Of a stretch of 64,000 bases of DNA, positions 26,374-41,304 are shown piece by piece. Each line of letters starts with the position of its first letter. The stretch's first letter is position 1. A program made the position numbers and the translations under genes. The notes beneath the pieces were generated by a model. The model was not told the origin of the DNA and made no database searches. It was given only the letters and a program-made list of their open reading frames with translations. This stretch comes from Eledone cirrhosa (Eukaryota): contig OZ024749.1 in NCBI GenBank assembly GCA_964016885.1, forward strand, positions 22,382,001 to 22,446,000. Direction: 5' to 3'.

Positions 26374-27072
26374 CTAAAAAATTATGTCCATAGAATCATT
26401 TGATAATATATATGCACTATTTCCTCTCCCAATTAGCATAATCAACCACACAAAAAAACAATTAAACCGGGCTTTAAGAATAAAAGGCACCTATGAAGAA
26501 ATAATAGATAAATAAACGACAGCCATCTATTCGCGATCAATCGCTATAGAATATTTACCCACCATTTCAATAGCACGTGGAAATCGATTAAATATACCGT
26601 TAACCATACACAATTAGGTATAAAATTAAAGTTAGAAGAAAAAATGCCAATACACATACCAGGATTACATTTCTACACTTTAGGGTTTCGTTCGCTTTCG
26701 GAAATATCCTATCAAGGATAAATTATCGAGTTTCGAACTCATCAGGAAACAAATTCACTTGGTCAAAGATTTTTCTTAAATGATCCCCGCCAGAAACGAA
26801 TTCAAAATGGCTAAGAACTGTGACGTGGCAGTGGTCAAGTCAGAAAGAATGTGATTGGTGCCTTACGGCGAGTGGGCTGGTTGCTAGAAAGCGCAGCCTC
26901 ATATTGCCTAAATTGCATCTCAACCTTATAGGAGATTATCAAATATAAAGATTTACATATACACAAACTAGACAAAGTTTTAGATATATATGTTTTGGCA
27001 ACCATTCACGATGTGGCTCAATGATCAATTAATAAATTAAATAATCAGAGCAATATACTATAAATTATGTCC

Positions 27073-27388
27073 ATAAGTGGAAACTATATTTATAAAACCA
27101 TATTTATTCTATTATATATATTTCAAGGGTACCAAAAACTTTGGTATGCTTTCATCAGATAAAATACAAAGTGTGTTTTATACTTTTTGACATAGCCAAG
27201 GAAACATACCTTATCAGTTGAATTTTCCTTAGATAATTCAACTGATAATGTATGTTTCCTTGGCTCTGTCAAAATTTATAAAACACATTTTGTATTGTAT
27301 CTGATGAAAGCGTACCAAAGTTTTTTTGGTACCATTGAAATATATATAATAGAATAAATATGGTTTAATAAATATAGTTTCCATTTAT
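27073..27388. repeat. Diverged fold-back palindrome (~150 bp arms, centre ~27230) with an HHR in each arm
   Basis: Arms are reverse-complementary with scattered mismatches. Related to 57630-58019. Confidence 0.9.
27293..27356 (+). ncRNA. Minimal hammerhead motif (mirror copy on minus at ~27105-27166)
   Basis: TATTGTAT-CTGATGA-AAGCGTACCAAAG..TTTTGGTACCATT-GAAA-TATATA-TA-ATAGAATA. Confidence 0.75.
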
Positions 27389-27597
27389 TTACTATCATTG
27401 AATATTTACTCAAGAAACTGTCGAGTGCTCTGAATCAGTTATAAACATTTATATTTGTTGAATTGCCAACAAATTAAATATCCCTTCTACTTATATATAT
27501 ATACATAGTATTAATAATAAATTTGAAGACTAAAATCGAAGGAGGGCTCGATAAGGATAAATATATATGAAATATATAATAACCATAGAGCAAATAT

Positions 27598-27703
27598 TTA
27601 TTAAAATAACAGATTAAAGTTTAAGCAAAGAATCGTTGCTTTCACCCTTAACGGGATCTTCTGAAACGATTCTTTGCTTAAACTTTAATCTGTTATTTTA
27701 ATA
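27598..27703. repeat. Short inverted repeat (~40 bp arms, ~27 bp spacer) next to (TA)n
   Basis: tattaaaataacagattaaagtttaagcaaagaatcgtt and its reverse complement. Confidence 0.9.
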
Positions 27704-27704
27704 C

Positions 27705-27771
<67 letters not shown>

Positions 27772-27797
27772 CGTGTAACATATATATGTATTATGTA

Positions 27798-27859
<62 letters not shown>

Positions 27860-27863
<4 letters not shown>

Positions 27864-28004
27864 GATGAGTCCAGAATTAGCCGTCGAAACGGCTTGAGCT
27901 CAGCTGTCGGGGTCTTACTGGTTCCTATTATCCACTCTACTACCTCAAGTATTGAGTACTTTGGTGCGTTATGGTCCACCTGGTCCCTTACCACATTTCC
28001 TTCG

Positions 28005-28005
<1 letters not shown>
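27860..28005 (+). mobile_element. Truncated terminal fragment of the PLE family at 36322-38960 (3' half of the HHR)
   Basis: agtccagaattagccgtcgaaacggcttgagctcagctgtcggggtcttactggttc is the reverse complement of ~36324-36380. Confidence 0.8.
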
Positions 28006-28044
<39 letters not shown>

Positions 28045-28104
28045 CCTTTTGGGATTCTTTCTCACGTCGTGTAAACGCGTTCTTGAGACTAGTAAAATGA
28101 GGTA

Positions 28105-28194
28105 TCCTCTTGATAAGTCGGCAGACCTCGCAAGGACTCTATATCTTTATGATGTATTGTTTTTGTTTATGCCACGAAACTACGTAGTCGAGGA
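28105..28194 (+). ncRNA. Type I hammerhead, U3-A8 core variant, long stem II
   Basis: TCCTC-TTGATAA-GT(C)GGCA...TGCCAC-GAAA-CTACGTAG-TC-GAGGA. GUC cleavage triplet. Confidence 0.8.
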
Positions 28195-28266
28195 ATCTAG
28201 GAGCAGTTTAGGTATGATACATTTTATTACTAATTATATCTAAATGTTTCTTCTCTCTTCATAATG

Positions 28267-28319
<53 letters not shown>

Positions 28320-28551
28320 CAGTGTGTGTGTGTGTGTTTGTGTAACATATGCGTGTATATATATGTTTAACATCTTAGCCTAAGTCTTAGGTTCTTCCGC
28401 GTCGTTCAGTGCATCAGGCATTAAGGACTCGCCAACGGTCACGACCAGCGGCGGTTTTTTCGCGTCCGTACCAAGTCATGTTGGCTGAGTGGTTAGAGAA
28501 TTAGATTCGCAATCGTGAGTTTGCGAGTTAGGTTCCTGGGCCGGACGATGC

Positions 28552-28616
<65 letters not shown>

Positions 28617-29230
28617 GGAAAAATGAAATTTCATTTCTCACTCTTAGTACGGCTGATACTTAAATGTAAGTATGTATACGTAAATACATATATGTATACA
28701 GACGTACGGTGGTATGTATATATATACATACATGCATACATATATATATGTATATATACCGAACATTTATTATAATGCTCGGTTTGTTTGTAAACAAACA
28801 GCCCGAATTAAGCCGTACAGTGTTCGGCAACCATCGTTGCCCTTTTGTTCAACACTGACAAAGGAATGATGAACTAGTTTCTAGCTTATTAGCTGTCATC
28901 AGCACCGTATACCTCCCTGTCAGTCTATAGAACGTCTGAAAGTATATACTTTCCTTATGCATATTAACGGCTGAACAGCCTAATTTGCATATCGAGTGAG
29001 TTAGTCGGCCGGGCATACCGAAAACGATAAATGAAAAAAATGAAATTTCATTTCTCACTGTACGGCCAAACACAGTACGGCTTAATTCGGGCTGTTTGTT
29101 TACAAACAAACCGAGCATTATAATAAATGTTCGGTAAACCCATACGTACATATATATATGTGTGCATGTATGTATGTATATACATACTACTGTACGTCTG
29201 TATACATATATGTATGTACGTATATATGCT

Positions 29231-29235
<5 letters not shown>
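28617..29235 (-). mobile_element. Non-coding HHR element (retrozyme-like monomer) plus an inverted segment
   Basis: 28617-29058 is a minus-strand homologue of the 48217-48805 unit with a different start point. ~29062-29235 is an inverted partial copy. Confidence 0.75.
28868..28906 (-). ncRNA. Minimal hammerhead motif
   Basis: Minus strand: GGTG-CTGATGA-CAGCT AATA AGCTA-GAAA-CTAG-TT-CATC. Confidence 0.7.
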
Positions 29236-29305
<70 letters not shown>

Positions 29306-29366
29306 TAGAAAGTGAGGTTTTTTTTACAAAATGAAAAATAACCGAGGTGTCCTACACGAGTGAAAG

Positions 29367-29666
29367 TATAAAGAAAAAGAGATGAAATCGAAAATGCAAC
29401 TGGAGTCTTATTTTTTTTAAAAATATATATATTTATTTGGTTCCTTTACCAGTTTCGCAGTTCTTCTGCTTTTCAAAAGGTGAGTTGAGATGGAGGGTCT
29501 GTGATTTTTCTCACAGATGTGAGAAAAACCACAGACCCTCCATCTCAACTCACCTTTTGAAAAGCAGAAGAACTGCGAAACTGGTAAAGGAACCAAATAA
29601 ATATATATATTTAAAAAAAAAATAAGACTCCAGTTGCATTTTCGATTTCATCTCTTTTTCTTTATA
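29367..29666. repeat. Near-perfect fold-back palindrome (~150 bp arms, 2 nt spacer at 29516-29517)
   Basis: Direct reverse-complement match. Family copy at 30231-30435. Confidence 0.95.
29553..29590 (+). ncRNA. Minimal hammerhead, U3-A8 variant (mirror on minus at 29443-29480)
   Basis: CCTT-TTGAAAA-GCAG AAGAA CTGC-GAAA-CTGG-TA-AAGG. Confidence 0.75.
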
Positions 29667-29705
29667 TATATATATATATATTAGAATTGGAGCTGTGAAA
29701 TAGCA

Positions 29706-31968
<2,263 letters not shown>

Positions 31969-32419
31969 ATATATATATAAATGTCAACATAACAGATTGG
32001 AAAAAAAAAAAACCAAAACGAAACAAAAATGAAAATGAAATAAAAAATAAAAGAAGGTTGGACGTGTCTGAAAACCAGCAAAATGGCGGAGACATGCGTG
32101 AACATATATTTCTACTTCATTAGTACTTGGTCTACTGGGGTTTTATGTATATTAGTTATATAGTGTCATGGTGACATTAGGTGATGTCATTAGACTGAGT
32201 TGCCCACACGCCCACCACTCACCACATAAAAACAAAAGACAAACTAAAACAAAACACACACACACATATACAAACATACTCATACATACACACACGCATA
32301 CACACACACACACACATATACACAAACATACCCACACATACACACACACAATGTACAAAGTATGATAGTAATCAGTTTAGATGGAAAAATGTTCACAGAA
32401 AATTGTCTACGTAGAAAAC

Positions 32420-32467
32420 CTATTGCTGCTGTTGCTACTACTACTACTACTACTCCTGTTGATGCTG

Positions 32468-32529
<62 letters not shown>

Positions 32530-32533
32530 GTTG

Positions 32534-32573
<40 letters not shown>

Positions 32574-32677
32574 CCCCTACTACTACTACTGTTACTACTA
32601 CTACTACCAACACCACCAATACCACTACTACTACTACCTCTACTACCACCACCACCACCACCACCACCACTACCACC

Positions 32678-32709
<32 letters not shown>

Positions 32710-32730
32710 AACTGCTACTATCATTATCAA
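32420..32730. repeat. (CTA)n/(CAC)n microsatellite
   Basis: Direct inspection. Confidence 0.95.
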
Positions 32731-33240
32731 TGGTACTAAAATACAAACGAGGAATAAGAAATTAAAGATAACCTAAAACAACTATAAGAAAGCTGTCAGA
32801 CGATATATATGAGAGAAATCTATGGAAAATACTATAAAAATGTCCTGAAATTGGATATGGTAGCCATGATAAGCTAAACACAGATGCATTTCTCGCTAGC
32901 ACATAGAACGCAGCGTTTTATCTGTGTGTAGAACTAAAACGCCGACACACACACGTGAATGTGTTTGTGTGTCGATGAACATATATATGTGTGTTTATAT
33001 GTACAAATATGTGTGTGTGTGTGTGTATATATATATCATCATCATCCCATCATCATCATTCCATTTTAAGTCCGCTTTTTCCCTGGGACGGGAACTGATT
33101 CTGGCTTGATTTCTACAGCTGGATGCCCTTCCTAACACCAACCTAATTTACAGTGAGTGGTGGGTGCTTTTTTGCCGTGGCTCCTCCACAACCACTTTGC
33201 AGTGGAATGATATGGACCCCAGTCCCTATCATCTCATTTC

Positions 33241-33301
<61 letters not shown>

Positions 33302-33513
33302 TCAGTGGCGAAGGGTAACCTGGAAAGCAGGGGCATGCAGTACAATCGCCATGGCGGAAAGTGAGGCTGTGTAGCCATACCCTCCCCCCTCCCACACGCC
33401 TAATTCCCTCTAAATTACATTCCCCGTTAATAGTGTTATCTAGTGTGTGTGTGTATTATCTTTTTATGTGTCTAAGATTTAGTAAGCACTCAAAATTCTG
33501 CTTGCCCCAAAGC

Positions 33514-33573
<60 letters not shown>

Positions 33574-34048
33574 ATCTCTTTTTGTGTCTATACGTTTTAG
33601 TAAGCAGCCAAAATTCTGCTTGCTTCAACCGATGAACTCAAGATTCTTGATGAACTCAAGATTCTATAACGCATGCACTGCATGCGTTGCAAGCACGGAC
33701 CCTTCGCCCCTGATATGCATAAATATGTAAGCTTAAATACTGATGAATATATACGTATATATAGTATATATATATATATTTATTTATACACAAACACACA
33801 TAGAATATATATGCCTTTATGTATGTATGTATGTATGTATGTATGTATGTATGTATGTATGTATGTATGTTTGTATGTATGTATATATTTATATATATAT
33901 ATATATATATACACATACATATATATATAAATAAATGCAAAAGACTAACAATAAGAAGAATTAAAACGTATATTAATTTTTGACACACAATTAGGAAAAA
34001 TGTATGTGTATATATATTATGTATATATAAACATACACACACACATAA

Positions 34049-34102
<54 letters not shown>

Positions 34103-34563
34103 GGGGTAATAAGGCTACTTAACAATAAGTTAGAAAGATCTATCTTCTGCAGACATAGAATTGCCACTAAATTCATAAGATTCAAACCTCCGTGAATCGA
34201 ACCAACACAACATAGCTTTAAACTAGGATACCCACTACCCTGCATAAATCACCACAGAAATATACTCATTAAGTACACTCTAGCCTTCACAAGTCTATAC
34301 CACACAAATGTCTGTAAGTACCTCATCAACCCACTAACTTATTCCTTCTCAGCTGCTGCCATCACTTGATCCTAAATCCAAGTATTTCTCAAATCACTAC
34401 TACAATGTAACTTTACCTTCCTTTTGCCATAATTACATTCAGCACGCTTATCTCTTTGCATGTATGTATATTTTTGTACGAGCGTATATTGATGTGTATG
34501 TATGTGTCTATGTACACATGCGTGTGTATATATATATATGTGTGTGTGTATATGTGTATGTAT

Positions 34564-34595
<32 letters not shown>

Positions 34596-34971
34596 TACCT
34601 CCTTAACCTCTGTATTAACTCGCCCACTATTTAGCTTTGACAGTGTTGTCCCATTCATGTATGTGATTGAAGATAAAAAGAAAGACTGTAAACACCGGCT
34701 TATCTTTAAAATTGATACAATACACCCTACGATACTCCGTACATGCCAAACTTTTACTTCTGCTTCATGTCAGCTAGTTTTACACGCCGAAATCTTAGAT
34801 ACACTATACCCCCCCCCCCCCCACACACCTAATGTAATGTCAGGGTCTCCTCAAATAATTTATTAATAGCATTGTTGTAATTGTTGTTATTGTTCTAATT
34901 GAATGCCATTACTACTTCATATAGTAGCCTGTATATTCCTTTCATGCCTGTATATTCTCTTCATTCTCGCA

Positions 34972-35079
34972 TGCTCCGAAGAACTGACTGGTTATAATTT
35001 TGTATTGGCGATCGAGTAACGTAAAAACAAGCGAATAGCGATCTCTAGACCTACCAGTTCTGAGAAACAATTGTCAGCA
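34972..35079 (+). ncRNA. Degenerate long-stem-II hammerhead candidate
   Basis: TGCT-CCGAAGA-..ACTGGT...ACCAGT..-GAAA-CAATTG-TC-AGCA. Stems I and III fit; core U4 changed and the stem II base is out of register. Confidence 0.45.
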
Positions 35080-35131
35080 ATGAGATTAAAAACCTTTTTT
35101 GTATAGCAAACCATGTCAATCTTCTTTCCTG

Positions 35132-35237
<106 letters not shown>

Positions 35238-35263
35238 ATAGCGAAGATACTGGGTTGTATGAA

Positions 35264-35573
35264 TGTAACAAGGAGACATGGTTTGTGTGTATAATATTTA
35301 ATTAACAATCATGGATATTATAGAACAGTATAGTTGACATGTCAAAGTAATAGATGATAGAATGAAGCAAAGTTAGTAGTTACCGTTTTGATTGCCAGGC
35401 AAACCCGAGACTCCTGGCGAAGGCCAGGCGCCGGAAGGGCAAATGAGAGGCAGAGAACTTAAAGTTGTTAGTTTTATAGGGTTCTGACCGGAAGTTACAG
35501 AAAGGGTTCTACTTCCCGTCTAGATGTTAACCTATTGGGGTTGTGAGTCACAAAAAGGGAGGCCACTGCTACA
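35264..35573 (-). mobile_element. Possible solo LTR
   Basis: TGTA...TACA termini; TATAAAA then ATTAAA on the minus strand. No clear target-site duplication. Confidence 0.35.
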
Positions 35574-35664
35574 TATGTATAAACATATATTTTACACACA
35601 TGAACATTGAATAAGTATGTGAAAGCGTGTGCATGCTTATGTATCGATGTACATATATGTGTGC

Positions 35665-35757
<93 letters not shown>

Positions 35758-35771
35758 TGTGTCTGTATACC

Positions 35772-35802
<31 letters not shown>

Positions 35803-36124
35803 TTAACCTTATGTGTGTGTTTGTGCGTGAAAGGTTAACGGCAAGACGTGAGTCAGAAAATGTCGTCCAAACAGTTATTTCTTATCAGGAAATAAATTAT
35901 GAACACAAGCATTGCCAGACAAAACATACGAAAAAATATATAATACAATATAATATAATATAATATAATATAATATAATATAATATACGATGATATAATA
36001 ACCCTCTTTAATTAACTAAGTATAAGAAATAGAGAGGTTGGGTGTGTGAGTGTGATTGAGAGAGTAGAGGAGGTATAGTGTGAGAGAGAGAGGTGGGTTA
36101 GAGAGAGAGAGAAAGAGGTGGGTT

Positions 36125-36155
<31 letters not shown>

Positions 36156-36265
36156 TGTGGGAAAGGGTGAGGACACAGAGATAAGACAGAAATATATCTG
36201 CTTATTACGTAGATGTCAATTTATCATCATCGACCAAGATTTCTCCCATTTTTTTTCTCTCTCCG

Positions 36266-36324
<59 letters not shown>

Positions 36325-36334
36325 AACCAGTAAG

Positions 36335-36428
36335 ACCCCGACAGCTGAGCTCAAGCCGTTTCGACGGCTAATTCTGGACTAAATGAAAATTTATCCTGGT
36401 ATTTAAATAGCCGATCTTCTCAAGGGGT
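36335..36428 (-). ncRNA. Type I hammerhead, U3-A8 variant, long stem II
   Basis: Minus strand: ACCCC-TTGAGAA-GA(T)CGGCTA...TAGCCGTC-GAAA-CGGCT TGAGCTC AGCTG-TC-GGGGT. Confidence 0.85.
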
Positions 36429-37535
36429 AATTCCATATATGGTCAAAGTGATTGTCAAAAATCAGTAGTAATTCTGTGGTTGCAAATTAGTAGGGGAGAA
36501 GGTGGCTAAACCTGCCAGTAGGAGAAAGAGGGGAGGGGGTGGAGTAGACCCAATCAAGCGTTGGTAGTGCCAGCTACAGCTGGGCATGAGGTCAAAGAAG
36601 ATACAGGGGAGGGGGAGGGGGAGGAAGTCGGAACGGTAGGTAGAACAATGGGGGGTAGAAATATATAGGAAGGAAAAAATACTGAGAGTGAAGAAAAGCA
36701 AATAAGTGTAAAGAAAAAAGTAAAGTAAATTAAATTCTACGACCTAGGTCTCAGGCTATTGTTAGGCTAGAATAAAATAAAGAAAGAAAGAAAGAAGTAA
36801 AGAAATAAATAAAAAAAGAAATAACGAAATAAGTAAAAGAACTAGGTGGGACGAAATAGGCAAGGACCCTTTTAAGAGGTATAAGTACGTAAATGATACG
36901 GTGACGGGTCAACAAAAGGGGCCAAAATACTAAAGAGACTACCACGAAATAAACAATAAAGGTTTCCATCCCGGGCCGGCAACGACCCAGTGCAGCAAAG
37001 TGAACTTGTACGAGATAATAATTCTGAGTCCCGAGAAAAATATATACTAATGCTAACTCTAAAAGATCTAAAACGAGCTACATGAAAGTTCGTACGAAAT
37101 AAAGGTAGAATACGGAGAAATAAATTCAGAATCCACTCCGCCCAGAAGAAAGGCGAAGCAAGAAATACTGAAACGAAAAAATAAGGCATAAGTGCCACTA
37201 AGAAATATAGAGGGAACAGAGAATAGTGGGAGCGGTCGGAAAAAGGGAGCAAGTATCCGGGGTCTAAGCCAACTGCTATAAAGGGCGGAGTCCGCCAAAT
37301 CTATCATAGACTAGGGGAGGGGGTGGTGGGGGTACTAAGGCTACACGGGGCCAAAGGGCAGCGTCGGGTGGGCGAGAAAAGACGCCGACAAAGGAGAAGA
37401 GCTGGGGTAGAAGGACTAAGGAGAGAGGGGGGAAGGAAATAAAGGAAGCGATAAAAGAATACAAAGAAGATCTTACGTCTTCCTTGGCAAGCAGGGGTTA
37501 CCCGTTGCAAAATCGGCAAGTGGGGTGTTATAGCC

Positions 37536-38885
37536 CTAGTCTACCCCCCCCGGGTCATTATGGGGTTTGAGGGCGAGGTAAGTCCTACGCAATCTATGTT
37601 TATATGCAGTAACCAGTTCATCTTTCTTGTTTAGGAGTTGGTCCGTCGAAAACAGCATTTGTAAAGTTTCCTCCGAGCATAAATTGCACGGACGGCATCC
37701 TCCCGTGTAAGAATTGGCTCTGGACAGTAATCTCCAAGTGAGATCATAGGTGATGTTGTTGTCCTTGAGGTCCCATATGTGGGCCGAAAGTGTAGTTGCG
37801 TGACGCCGGGTCGGGTTTCGGAAGGTATGTCTATGTTGGTATAGCCGGGTCTTGAAGTCACATGCGGTAAGTCCTATATAGGCTTTGTTGGAGGTATCCG
37901 TCCTCACGTTGCACTGGTAGATCACATTACGGTCTCTGCATCTATTGTCGAGTGGGCAAATAGATCTATCCGGGCAGTTACACCTCCTGGTCGGTTCTCC
38001 ACTGCTATTTAGGTTATTTCTGCCATCGGGGTTGAGTTTTTTGTTGTTAGAGGAGACGATGTTTTGTGCGAAGTTTGGTGTAGTGCTGTAAGAGAGTTTG
38101 ATGGTATTTTTGTTAATTATGTTGTGGTAGCGGTGTTGTAATGGGAAGTGTTTTTCAATGAGCCTAAAGAATAGTTTCCCGATGGGAGTTGTCACCTCTG
38201 CGTTGTGGGGAGGATTGAACCATGTTACATTGCGTGAGCGGCGGTGTCTCCTGCTGGTTCCGCTAATGGGAGCTGGACAGTAGGATATTTCCTCCCGGAA
38301 ACCACTCCGCTTGAGGGCCTGGTTGTAATAAGGCGCATGTTCATCGAATATCCGCTCATTAGCTGACAAACGGGATATGCGGAGGGAGATGTTTTTGACC
38401 AGGTTGTTTGTGATGTTCCTAGGATGGTTTGATCGGCGGTGGATGTAGTGCAGATTGTCATTAGGTTTCCTGTATGGGTAGTACAGGTTGTTTTCTAGGT
38501 CGAGGGTCACGTCCAGGAAGTTAACTCTTGTCAGGGACGTTTGTAGGGTTATTTTAAATCCCCAGTCGCGGAAGAATCTGATTAATTGTTTCCGGACCCG
38601 ATCTGTACTACTGGGGTTGTACCCTTTAAGGGTAAGGAGCCCATCATCACGGTACAATCCACCACCGAATGCAGGAAACATATCAGTGAGTTTGGCTATT
38701 AGGAATAATCCTATAAGATCTGTGACCTCCGCCGAATCCGTGGCGCCCATGCTGACGTCGAAGGGTGAGTCGGGCGCTCTTTTTATCCATTTAGAGTCGT
38801 CAAAGAGTAAGGCTGTCTTCCTGGCGTGGAGGATGATTTTTCTTTCCTGGTCGGTGATGGGCACAAGTGTTTCGGCGAAGTCCAA
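37536..38885 (-). CDS. PLE RT (C-terminal part) + GIY-YIG endonuclease; open but N-terminally truncated
   Basis: MGATDSAEV, LYRDDGL, FLDVTL, WFNPP, CNC..CPL..C, VIYQC..YIGLT..FKTRLYQH, CNLCSEE. FDIESYY lies just upstream. Confidence 0.88.
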   Translation of the reverse strand: MDFAETLVPITDQERKIILHARKTALLFDDSKWIKRAPDSPFDVSMGATDSAEVTDLIGLFLIAKLTDMFPAFGGGLYRDDGLLTLKGYNPSSTDRVRKQLIRFFRDWGFKITLQTSLTRVNFLDVTLDLENNLYYPYRKPNDNLHYIHRRSNHPRNITNNLVKNISLRISRLSANERIFDEHAPYYNQALKRSGFREEISYCPAPISGTSRRHRRSRNVTWFNPPHNAEVTTPIGKLFFRLIEKHFPLQHRYHNIINKNTIKLSYSTTPNFAQNIVSSNNKKLNPDGRNNLNSSGEPTRRCNCPDRSICPLDNRCRDRNVIYQCNVRTDTSNKAYIGLTACDFKTRLYQHRHTFRNPTRRHATTLSAHIWDLKDNNITYDLTWRLLSRANSYTGGCRPCNLCSEETLQMLFSTDQLLNKKDELVTAYKHRLRRTYLALKPHNDPGGVD

Positions 38886-39679
38886 GGCGGCAGTAAGTAG
38901 CGGTAAGGTGATTGAAGCATAGTAGCTCTCTATGTCGAACTGTATGAATTTAGTTTCTCGTTTGGAAAAACTTCAAATGCTCTATATAGTCTTAAAAAGA
39001 CTATTTATATATATATATGACGATGTTACACACTTAAAGGCCTATATAAGGACATTTGTTCCAGAGAGAAATTGTGATACTTTTAATTAACACTTTATAT
39101 GTGTTAGTATACGTCGCTTTGTATGTATGTATATGTAAGTGCCTGTTTGACAGTTTGACTATCTATTTCTCTGTATGTTTGACAATCTATTTTCTGTTTA
39201 TGTATCTATCTATCTATATGTATATAAAGAGGTGCATATACATTCATATATTTGTATACACAAACAAACACACATAAACGCATACGTATAAATATATATG
39301 TTTATGTGTATGTTGAATATATTACCTTTGCCACTGTCTTAGTATTCAAAGCTTGGTGTTGCGCTAAGCTCTGTAGAACTCAGCCTTCTTGTCTTAGATC
39401 ACTATGGGAGAGTCAGTCCTTAAATCATTTAGACTTTAATGTAGACATCCGCCGTTTGCGATTTTGTCTTTTCAATTACTACACATCTTTACATGATAGA
39501 GACTCGTCACTTAAAGTCTTATACAATGCATATTATATACATTGTATATAACATTTATCGTTGTCTTATCAAATGCCTGTGTGTGTCGATGTTCTCTCTC
39601 TTCCATTCTCTGCCTCTGTCACTCTCGCTCTCCCAATCTCTCAATATTATAAGCGAATAGAGATCCATGCGTTGGCCGC

Positions 39680-40745
39680 CCCGTGGCCCCGACGGACAGA
39701 ATAGAAAAAACGTTTCCCTGGAAGATGGTGAAAGAGACGCGTTGGAAGAGCCATTCCAGCTCGGAAGGCTCACATCTGCGAGTGGCCAAATCCGTGCCGA
39801 AAGTGGTGAATAGGTAAGTGTTCCTAGGGTCAAGGATACCAGAAGTCTCCACTGCTTCAATCTCCTTTTTTAGATCATCACTGAGGGAGGGCCAATCTCA
39901 AGAAGACCTTTCAGTCTTTAATATAGACATCATTTGCTATCATTTACTGCACATTTTTCACGATACAGACTTCTTAGCATTCCACCCTTTAGCATCCACA
40001 TTATTTTATATTTACTTTTGTATTTTCACGGTAAAGGTTTTATCTCACATAATTATCTCACATAATATAGAATCTATGAGATTTAATTATATAGAATCTA
40101 TGAGATTTAATTAAATAAAATCGATGAGATTTAGTAATATAGAATCTATGAGATTTAATTAAATAAAATCGATGAGATTTAGTAATATAGAATCTATGAG
40201 ATTTAATTATATAGAATCTATGAGATTTTGATATCATTTATTTTGAGAAGAAAACTATGTTGGACGAGCAGCCAGTTATGACCAGATTGATCAGAAAGAG
40301 GTGAGAGCATTCTGGCCATATATGGCCGGCTTAACTGCTACAGGGTTGAAGTCTTATTTACAGTCTATCTTTCACTTTTCTATACCCATTCCTGTTGAGG
40401 TATATTGTAGAAGTATCTCATTACTATTTACCAGATGGTAAATAAAGGGGTCACCCTGAAAAACACCCCTGTGTTTACATTACATAACCTAATATATGAA
40501 TATAAATTAGGTCTTAATCCCTTCATACAAGATTCGATCAATTTGCTTAGATTATATACCACCTTAAATATCTTCATAGGTTAAAGAATCCACAAATGGT
40601 GAACCATACCATAAACTTTTTAAACCTCTATCCATATCAATTTCAGGTTTGATCTCCAGGATCTTAAAGTCTTTACATCAATATATTATCTATCACAAGG
40701 AGATCCTTGTTCCCACTGAACTTTTCCTTCAGGTCTTTTGTTCTT
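39680..40745 (-). pseudogene. Highly degraded non-LTR RT remnant (R4/Dong-like), interrupted by a MITE
   Basis: Scattered similarity by eye to the RT region of 59840-62422 (e.g. EKCAV). Many indels. Confidence 0.35.
39985..40345. mobile_element. piggyBac-type MITE with an internal ~22/44 bp minisatellite expansion
   Basis: ccctttagcat...tgctacaggg ends. Shares cataattatctcacat..gaatctatg with 42488-42661 (opposite orientation). Tandem atagaatctatgagattta units at ~40063-40228. Confidence 0.65.
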
Positions 40746-40828
40746 TAGGGAGGAAACTGTTGGTTAATTGGTGATATGTTTCTTAGGTAATTCACACAGA
40801 CACACACATACACACACACATACAAACA

Positions 40829-40861
<33 letters not shown>

Positions 40862-41077
40862 AAAGAGGCTGTTAACTTTGCCTTTCATCCTTACGGGGTC
40901 GATAAAATAAAGTACCTGTAATGCACTGGGTAATTGTGGCCTTGTGCCAAAAGTAGAAACAATTATTAATATTCGAAAAACAGAGATTACATATATATAT
41001 ATATACACACACACATATAGAAGACGATCGACTTTCGTCAAATCGAACCGAGGGAACAATGTTTCCGTTGGTCTTTC

Positions 41078-41237
41078 CAATTGCTAATACTATCTATCGG
41101 TCGCAACTCCAGGTAGAAGGAGTAACGTGAAATAAAGTGTCTTGCTCAAGGACATAACGCATCGCCTGGTCCAGGAATCGAACTCACAACCTTACGATTG
41201 CGAATCCAATTCTCTAACCACTCAGCCACACGCCTTC
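41078..41237 (-). mobile_element. tRNA-derived SINE family B
   Basis: Near-identical to 17800-17955. Confidence 0.8.
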
Positions 41238-41304
41238 ACTACACACACACATATATATATATACATATATATGCATATATATATATATAAATATGTATAT
41301 ATGT

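Larger units (their letters stand above)
36322..38960 (-). mobile_element. 5'-truncated Penelope-like element with terminal HHR, ending in (TA)n
   Basis: RT + GIY-YIG ORF, ~1.2 kb 3' region, HHR at 36335-36428. Confidence 0.9.

Noticed and set aside
26721-26750. CTGATGA-GTTC-GAAA on the minus strand
   Set aside because: Stem II is only 1 bp and there is no convincing stem I or III; at most a relic.
27860-27912. CAGATGA...GAAAC as an independent hammerhead
   Set aside because: It is the truncated 3' half of the 36335-36428 motif.
40063-40228. Short regular repeats resembling a CRISPR array
   Set aside because: No unique spacers, no cas genes, eukaryotic context; it is a minisatellite.
41160-41237. 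tRNA-like sequence with A and B boxes
   Set aside because: Head of a SINE; no complete cloverleaf.
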